Source: Thermodesulfobacteriota bacterium (GTDB lineage: Bacteria > Desulfobacterota > Desulfobacteria > Desulfobacterales > SURF-7). From it: DNA of 64,000 nucleotides. The stretch spans positions 1 through 64,000 of the forward strand of contig JBMORA010000017.1 in NCBI GenBank assembly GCA_049320885.1, given 5' to 3'. The position numbers and the translations under genes were made by a program. Under the pieces are notes generated by a model. That model was not told the origin of the DNA, did no database searches, and was given only the letters and a program-made list of their open reading frames with translations. Positions 59,305 to 64,000 of this stretch are shown in pieces. Position 1 is the first letter of the stretch. The number at the start of each line of letters is the position of its first letter.

Positions 59305-60473
59305 GGCTTCACCTCCTCGGCTCCAAGCGAGATGCCGAGGGACCGCGCGAGCTTGACGAACTCGCTGTCAGCAGGCACGACCCTGATCTTGTTGATGGCC
59401 TCGGTCATGGGAACGAACTTCAGATCCGGCGGCTGGAAGACCACCATGACACCGCTCTGGCCGGCCTTCAGGGCGCGCACTGCCCCGGCGCCGTATCCCA
59501 GCCCGAGCTGGCGGTCTACGACCGTGGGTGTTCCTCCCCTGGCCAGCTGGCCCAGGACAAGGGGATAGGTTTCCTGGTCGGTCAGTCGCTGGAGTTCAAG
59601 CGCCACCTCGACGGCAATCCGGCCGGATCCTTCAATGACATGAGCGCCTTCGGCGCCGGAGGCTCCCGGAGAGAGTGAGGCCTTCATCTTTGAATCCGAA
59701 GTCCTGGGGGTTGCATCAGTTCCAGTCAATGGTTTCGCTCCTTCGGCCACCACCACCAGCCCGAAGTTTTGCCCCGCCTTCGCCTTTTTCCGTAATTTTT
59801 CCGAAACCTTGCGGAGGTCATAAGGAATCTCCGGGATGAGCACGGCATCGGCGCATACGGCCATGCCCGCCTGCAGGGCCAGCCACCCGGAGTGTTCCCC
59901 CAATACTTCAACCACGCCGATCCGGCGGGCGGACCGGGCTGCCTGCCGAAACCTTTCGAGCATGTCCGCCGTGAAACTCAAGGCGCTGTTGAATCCAAAG
60001 GAAAGGATGGTGGCGGCCACATCATTTTCAACTGATTTCGGCACAGAGACCGTCTGGAGTCCTTTCCGGCTGAGCTTCCAGAGGATGCTCAGCGCCCTGG
60101 AGCCGACCACGGAGACGATGGCATCGATCTTTTCTTTTCTGATGATCTCCAGGAGTTCATCGGACCGGTCCTTCTCCTCCACCATGTTTTCCGCGTTGAC
60201 GGCGCGGACATGGAAAGGGTCGCTTTGGGCCCCGGTGCCTAGGATACAGCCGGCGGCGCCGGCGATGTTTTCCAGGATGGCCGGTGAGAGCCGCATCACT
60301 CCGCCGTCGGGATAGCGGTCGGGAAAGAGCAGCCCTTCAAATCCGTCGCGGATCCCCAGCACTTCCCAGCCCAATTCACTTGCCGCGAGCACCACTCCGG
60401 CAATCACGGCATTGAGTCCCGGGACATAGCCCCCGCCAAAATTGACGGCAATGCGTTTTGCTGCTGTTTGCAT
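59301..60473 (-). CDS. 6-phosphofructokinase-fold protein with degenerate catalytic motifs
   Basis: PfkA-like framework (PGLNAVI, GIRDGFEGL, LIPEIPY, VVAEGA, RGGTPT..DR) with altered GGD, GGDG, TIDND and MGR motifs. Confidence 0.85.
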   Translation of the reverse strand: MQTAAKRIAVNFGGGYVPGLNAVIAGVVLAASELGWEVLGIRDGFEGLLFPDRYPDGGVMRLSPAILENIAGAAGCILGTGAQSDPFHVRAVNAENMVEEKDRSDELLEIIRKEKIDAIVSVVGSRALSILWKLSRKGLQTVSVPKSVENDVAATILSFGFNSALSFTADMLERFRQAARSARRIGVVEVLGEHSGWLALQAGMAVCADAVLIPEIPYDLRKVSEKLRKKAKAGQNFGLVVVAEGAKPLTGTDATPRTSDSKMKASLSPGASGAEGAHVIEGSGRIAVEVALELQRLTDQETYPLVLGQLARGGTPTVVDRQLGLGYGAGAVRALKAGQSGVMVVFQPPDLKFVPMTEAINKIRVVPADSEFVKLARSLGISLGAEEVKP

Positions 60474-60544
60474 CGATCAACCCCTTTCTTGAAGACGATT
60501 TCTGCTTTCCATTTTTTAGCAATCGTAAAAAATTTTTAAAAGGC

Positions 60545-61651
60545 TTATTTCCTTTTCATTGCAGATGCATGTAATTGATTTGGATCATTTTCGATCCATG
60601 CCGAGAAAATTTTATAAGAAATTGAGAGAACCACCGGACCGAGAAATAAACCGATAGCGCCCGACATTATCATGCCGCCGATAGCGCCAATAAGAATCAC
60701 CAGCATAGGGACTTCGACCCCCCTGCCGAGCAGGAGCGGCTTCAAAATAGCATCACTCAAAGACACAAAAACACTCCAGATCATAAAGACAACAGCCGGT
60801 GTGGTTTCCTGCACAGAAAAGACATAGACGACAATCGGACCCAGAACCAAAAGCGGCGGCAACTGAATAATTGCCAAAAATAAGACGATCAGTGCCCACA
60901 GCCCAGCCGCGGGTACGTTGGCGGCGAGCAGACCAATGCTGGCAAGAATGGCCTGTATCACGGCAATCCCCAAAACTCCCTGGACGACACTTCGTATGGT
61001 ATTGCCTGTGAGGTCTGCGAACACATCTCCTTGTTGTCTTGCCACACGCCGAAAGATCCGATGGGCAGTCTTTACACCGCCGTCTGAATTAACAAGAAAC
61101 AAACCGGCAATAATAATAGAAACAATAAACTGCATGACCGTCATCCCCAGCCCCAGTCCGGCAGAAAAAAGTTTTTTGCCATATGTCATAATATATGGTT
61201 TCAGTTGGTATATCGCTTTTTCCGTATTTTCTGAAGCCAAGCGCCAGAAATTATCGATTGGTTTACCTATCAACGGCCACCCGGCAACTTCATCCGACGG
61301 TGGCGGCACTCGTAATGTGTCGTTTTCAATGCCTGTTTTTAAGGTCTGGATACCGTTAATGGTTGAATCCATCAGCAGGGCCGCTGGGACCATCAACACT
61401 GAAAGTGCAAACAACGTTAACAAAACAGCGGACAGCTTTTTTCGATTGCCCATCATTGAGGAAAGTTTCTGATGCAAGGGGTAAATTCCGATGGCAATGA
61501 TAACACCCCAAAGGACCGGGTTAATAAATGCCCTCACAATCATAAAACTCCATACCACAAGAATTGCGATAAGGGAGATTCGGACAGATGCTTCTATCGA
61601 TTTTCCTATAAAATCGGTATCTCCTCCATTTATTTGATTGAATTTTGTCAT
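60545..61651 (-). CDS. AI-2E family transporter (YdiK-like)
   Basis: PVLWGVIIAI, DAILKPLLLGRGVEVP, GAIGLFLGPVVL. Confidence 0.92.
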   Translation of the reverse strand: MTKFNQINGGDTDFIGKSIEASVRISLIAILVVWSFMIVRAFINPVLWGVIIAIGIYPLHQKLSSMMGNRKKLSAVLLTLFALSVLMVPAALLMDSTINGIQTLKTGIENDTLRVPPPSDEVAGWPLIGKPIDNFWRLASENTEKAIYQLKPYIMTYGKKLFSAGLGLGMTVMQFIVSIIIAGLFLVNSDGGVKTAHRIFRRVARQQGDVFADLTGNTIRSVVQGVLGIAVIQAILASIGLLAANVPAAGLWALIVLFLAIIQLPPLLVLGPIVVYVFSVQETTPAVVFMIWSVFVSLSDAILKPLLLGRGVEVPMLVILIGAIGGMIMSGAIGLFLGPVVLSISYKIFSAWIENDPNQLHASAMKRK

Positions 61652-61728
61652 CGCCTTGACTCCATTTTTTACATTTTACCTTTAGGGGTTAAAGTAGCAC
61701 TGCTAGTGCCGTTATCTATTTTGATAGA

Positions 61729-63126
61729 TCACATCTTCGATCCGCGCGATGAGCTCATCATATTGATGATATCTGCTTCTGACATGATGGGACTCTGGTC
61801 TAACCGCAACGCGCCTCCATAGGCATCCTTTGCATCATCCCAGAAGACGGGAATCCCCTTCAGGCTGCCCTCGGATGGCAATCTCAGCAAGGCCTCCCGG
61901 ATAGCGATACGAAGAGTCTCTTCAACAGGCAAGGCCCTGAAAATGGTCCCAAAAACATAATTGATATATTGATGGACATGGACCTTATGTTCTTTTTGAC
62001 TCCACATCGGGGAGATCACCTTCCTCTCAAGGCAGTCCATGAGATGGCTCACAATCGGTTCCAATACGGGCTTCACGTGAATCTGCCGCCACGATCCCGG
62101 GCCGCGGACAGGCTTCTGGACTTCAAGCCTTCTGGTATTGATCCACCTCACGCGTTCACGCGTCTTCCGGGCTCCCAGCCTTTTGACTTGGAAGACTTCG
62201 ATAAAAGCCGTCTCCACTTCGTCCACCTGGACAATAACGATATCCCTTTCCTGCATATTCGCCGCAATCCTGTCGAGTTCGCAGGCCTGCTCATCTTGTG
62301 GATATTGATTCAGAACATTTCCCAAAAACAGGACATTCTGCGTGTTCTTGATCCGTTGAGGAACATCTGTCTTTTGCAAGGTGATTCCGAATTCCGCGAG
62401 ACCTGCCTCCAGAGGATATTTTTCCATCCGGTACCCGTCCCAGGAAAGTCCAGGCTGGCTCGGGTCGCTGTCCTGTTTCTTTTCCAGCTCAATTCCTGCC
62501 TCGATCTTCACCACATCGGGCGCCAGCATTTCGTCCAGTTCCGGGTCGGAGAACTCGACCCGTTCACCTGAGTAGAGGAACGGCCGACCCATGAAATACG
62601 CCTCCCAGACCTCGTTCCCATGCAGATCGTACGAATAGGCGACGGAAGAGACCCGGCCCTTTCGATCCACCACAAAATGCCAGTCCTCCACCTGGCGCAC
62701 AGTCGCCTTGGAAGAGATCATCCGGGACAAGCATCCGCGGATCTGCTCCTCCCTGTCCCCCAGGAGACGGACGTGCGAGTAGGGCACCGCCTCGAGGCGT
62801 TCCGTGGCGACGTAATCCACATCCATCTTGAGGTCACTTGCCAAGAGCCTCTTCAAGGCGGTTGACACTTTGGCACGGGATACGCCGACATCGATGAACG
62901 CAAACCCAGGGTCCAACAGGGGTGGTCCGTCCCGGCCAGGATTTTGAGGATGCTGGAGGTCCCGCAGAAGGCTCCCGATCCCGGCATTCCTGTCAGGGAT
63001 GATGTTGGTGTCGACCAAGGGAACCGAAGTCCGAGCCTTCATGGCCGGAACATCTTCGGGCTGCTCTCGATTTCCCGTGGTGGTGCCTTGAAGCCATGAC
63101 GGGTTCCTTGCCCTCGATATCTTCAC
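61729..63126 (-). CDS. Hypothetical protein, possibly with a class I SAM-methyltransferase-like fold
   Basis: FIDVGVS motif-I-like strand; LFLGNVLNQY...LDRIAANMQERDIVIV; GGAGG upstream of the GTG start. Confidence 0.5.
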   Translation of the reverse strand: MKISRARNPSWLQGTTTGNREQPEDVPAMKARTSVPLVDTNIIPDRNAGIGSLLRDLQHPQNPGRDGPPLLDPGFAFIDVGVSRAKVSTALKRLLASDLKMDVDYVATERLEAVPYSHVRLLGDREEQIRGCLSRMISSKATVRQVEDWHFVVDRKGRVSSVAYSYDLHGNEVWEAYFMGRPFLYSGERVEFSDPELDEMLAPDVVKIEAGIELEKKQDSDPSQPGLSWDGYRMEKYPLEAGLAEFGITLQKTDVPQRIKNTQNVLFLGNVLNQYPQDEQACELDRIAANMQERDIVIVQVDEVETAFIEVFQVKRLGARKTRERVRWINTRRLEVQKPVRGPGSWRQIHVKPVLEPIVSHLMDCLERKVISPMWSQKEHKVHVHQYINYVFGTIFRALPVEETLRIAIREALLRLPSEGSLKGIPVFWDDAKDAYGGALRLDQSPIMSEADIINMMSSSRGSKM

Positions 63127-63239
63127 CTATCCTCCAAAATCCACTTCTGAAATGCCGAGTTCCGCGCCCGGTTCCGCGAGGGCATTGGTGACGGTGTTTT
63201 GCGGATGGATCATGTTATTCTCCAAGAGTCGGGCGGATT

Positions 63240-63269
63240 CGAACGCCCCCGGCGAACCGGGGGCGTTCG
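63240..63269. terminator. Perfect 13-bp GC-rich hairpin downstream of the AcnX gene (terminator or RNA-stabilising element)
   Basis: CGAACGCCCCCGG-CGAA-CCGGGGGCGTTCG; no clear poly-U tail. Confidence 0.55.
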
Positions 63270-63295
63270 GCGCTTCTACATACGGAAGATAGTTG

Positions 63296-64000
63296 CTAGT
63301 CGACCATCGGTTTTTCTCCCTGGTACAGCGGGTGTTCCTTTTCGCTGTCTAACCGCTCCTTGCGCGGTTTGCTCCAGTATTCCCAGCGTGCGGTCGGTGT
63401 GAACACGCCGGTCACGGCTGCGTTAACCAGGGCTTCCGGGTTGCCATAGATCCATTTCGGTCCGAAGCCGCCTCCCAGCTTAACGTACTTGAAGCTGTCC
63501 GTCGCGATGACTGTGCCCTTCGGGTAGTGTCGGATCGGGGACATGGCGATGCAGGTCTGGTGGAAGATGTGGCCACCGGCATCCTCGATGATCTTGGTAT
63601 CGCCGTAGTGCTGGGCCATGAAGTACGTGGGCGTGTCGGTCTGCACCCACAGATGTACTCCCTTTTTCACCTTCTTGCCTTTCACCAGGCGCGCAACCTC
63701 GCGGACCTCATCCCAGGTGGCGTGCGGGCAACCGAAGAAGACGATGTCCACCGGCTTCGCCTTTTCAGGTCCGGGCGCCGGCTCGATGGCGTTGAGGTGG
63801 TGGTACATCTCGATGACGTCTTCCATGGTAACCTTATAGCGTTCAGGGTTCTTGGGCATCTTGCCCTTGAAAGCGGCCTCCAGGGTTGGAGACTCCGGTG
63901 TGTAGCCCATGAGGTGCAGCATGGGGTCGTTCATGCCGGGTGAGGCGCAGGAGATCAGATTCTTTGTCGCGCCCGGGCCCATCTTCTTGGGCAGGTTGAG
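63296..64000 (-). CDS. Aconitase X catalytic-domain protein (DUF521), 5' part outside the window
   Basis: HLMGYTPES, DIVFFGCPH, QTC, TDSFK; frame is open to the window edge. Confidence 0.8.
   Translation of the reverse strand, partial: LNLPKKMGPGATKNLISCASPGMNDPMLHLMGYTPESPTLEAAFKGKMPKNPERYKVTMEDVIEMYHHLNAIEPAPGPEKAKPVDIVFFGCPHATWDEVREVARLVKGKKVKKGVHLWVQTDTPTYFMAQHYGDTKIIEDAGGHIFHQTCIAMSPIRHYPKGTVIATDSFKYVKLGGGFGPKWIYGNPEALVNAAVTGVFTPTARWEYWSKPRKERLDSEKEHPLYQGEKPMVD

Noticed and set aside
1..64000. CRISPR array, tRNA/rRNA, integron integrase, transposase, selenoprotein read-through
   Set aside because: No regularly spaced repeats, structural RNA signatures, tyrosine-recombinase or DDE motifs, or in-frame TGA at catalytic positions were seen by eye.

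Overview
GC-rich bacterial chromosome segment; the gene content suggests an anaerobic Gram-negative organism such as a Desulfobacterota member (inference). (1) 1-4.1 kb is the AT-richer tail of an integron-type cassette array. It holds the 3' end (domains V/VI) of a group II intron that appears to sit inside an attC core on the top strand, a 653-aa P-loop NTPase cassette closed by a canonical attC, a MerR-like ORF, and intact plus collapsed toxin-antitoxin genes. (2) 4.6-48.8 kb is a mostly plus-strand envelope/metabolism region. It encodes a hybrid histidine kinase, a YdbH/YnbE-YdbL-like pair, glucokinase, a DUF3141 (PHA-synthase-like)/MaoC-Pta/AckA/deleted-FabI operon, an RND pump, many small beta-barrels and lipoproteins, GH13 and GH63 glycosidases, an HD-GYP protein, a K+ channel, Fic and MscS. 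(3) 48.9-52.7 kb is a second, decayed cassette cluster without an integrase (GNAT cassette, TA cassette with its toxin deleted), followed by HicBA and PIN TA modules. (4) 52.8-64 kb is minus-strand. It includes a translationally coupled operon of a motif-degenerate PFK-like protein, a glycyl-radical activating enzyme with no partner enzyme in the window, an AspT/YidE antiporter and a beta-carbonic anhydrase, downstream of an aconitase X catalytic subunit. The best candidates for something new are the top-strand attC-targeting group II intron and the pseudo-PFK/activase/antiporter/carbonic anhydrase operon. No tRNA, rRNA, CRISPR array or integrase gene was seen. All family calls come from motif recognition by eye, not database searches.
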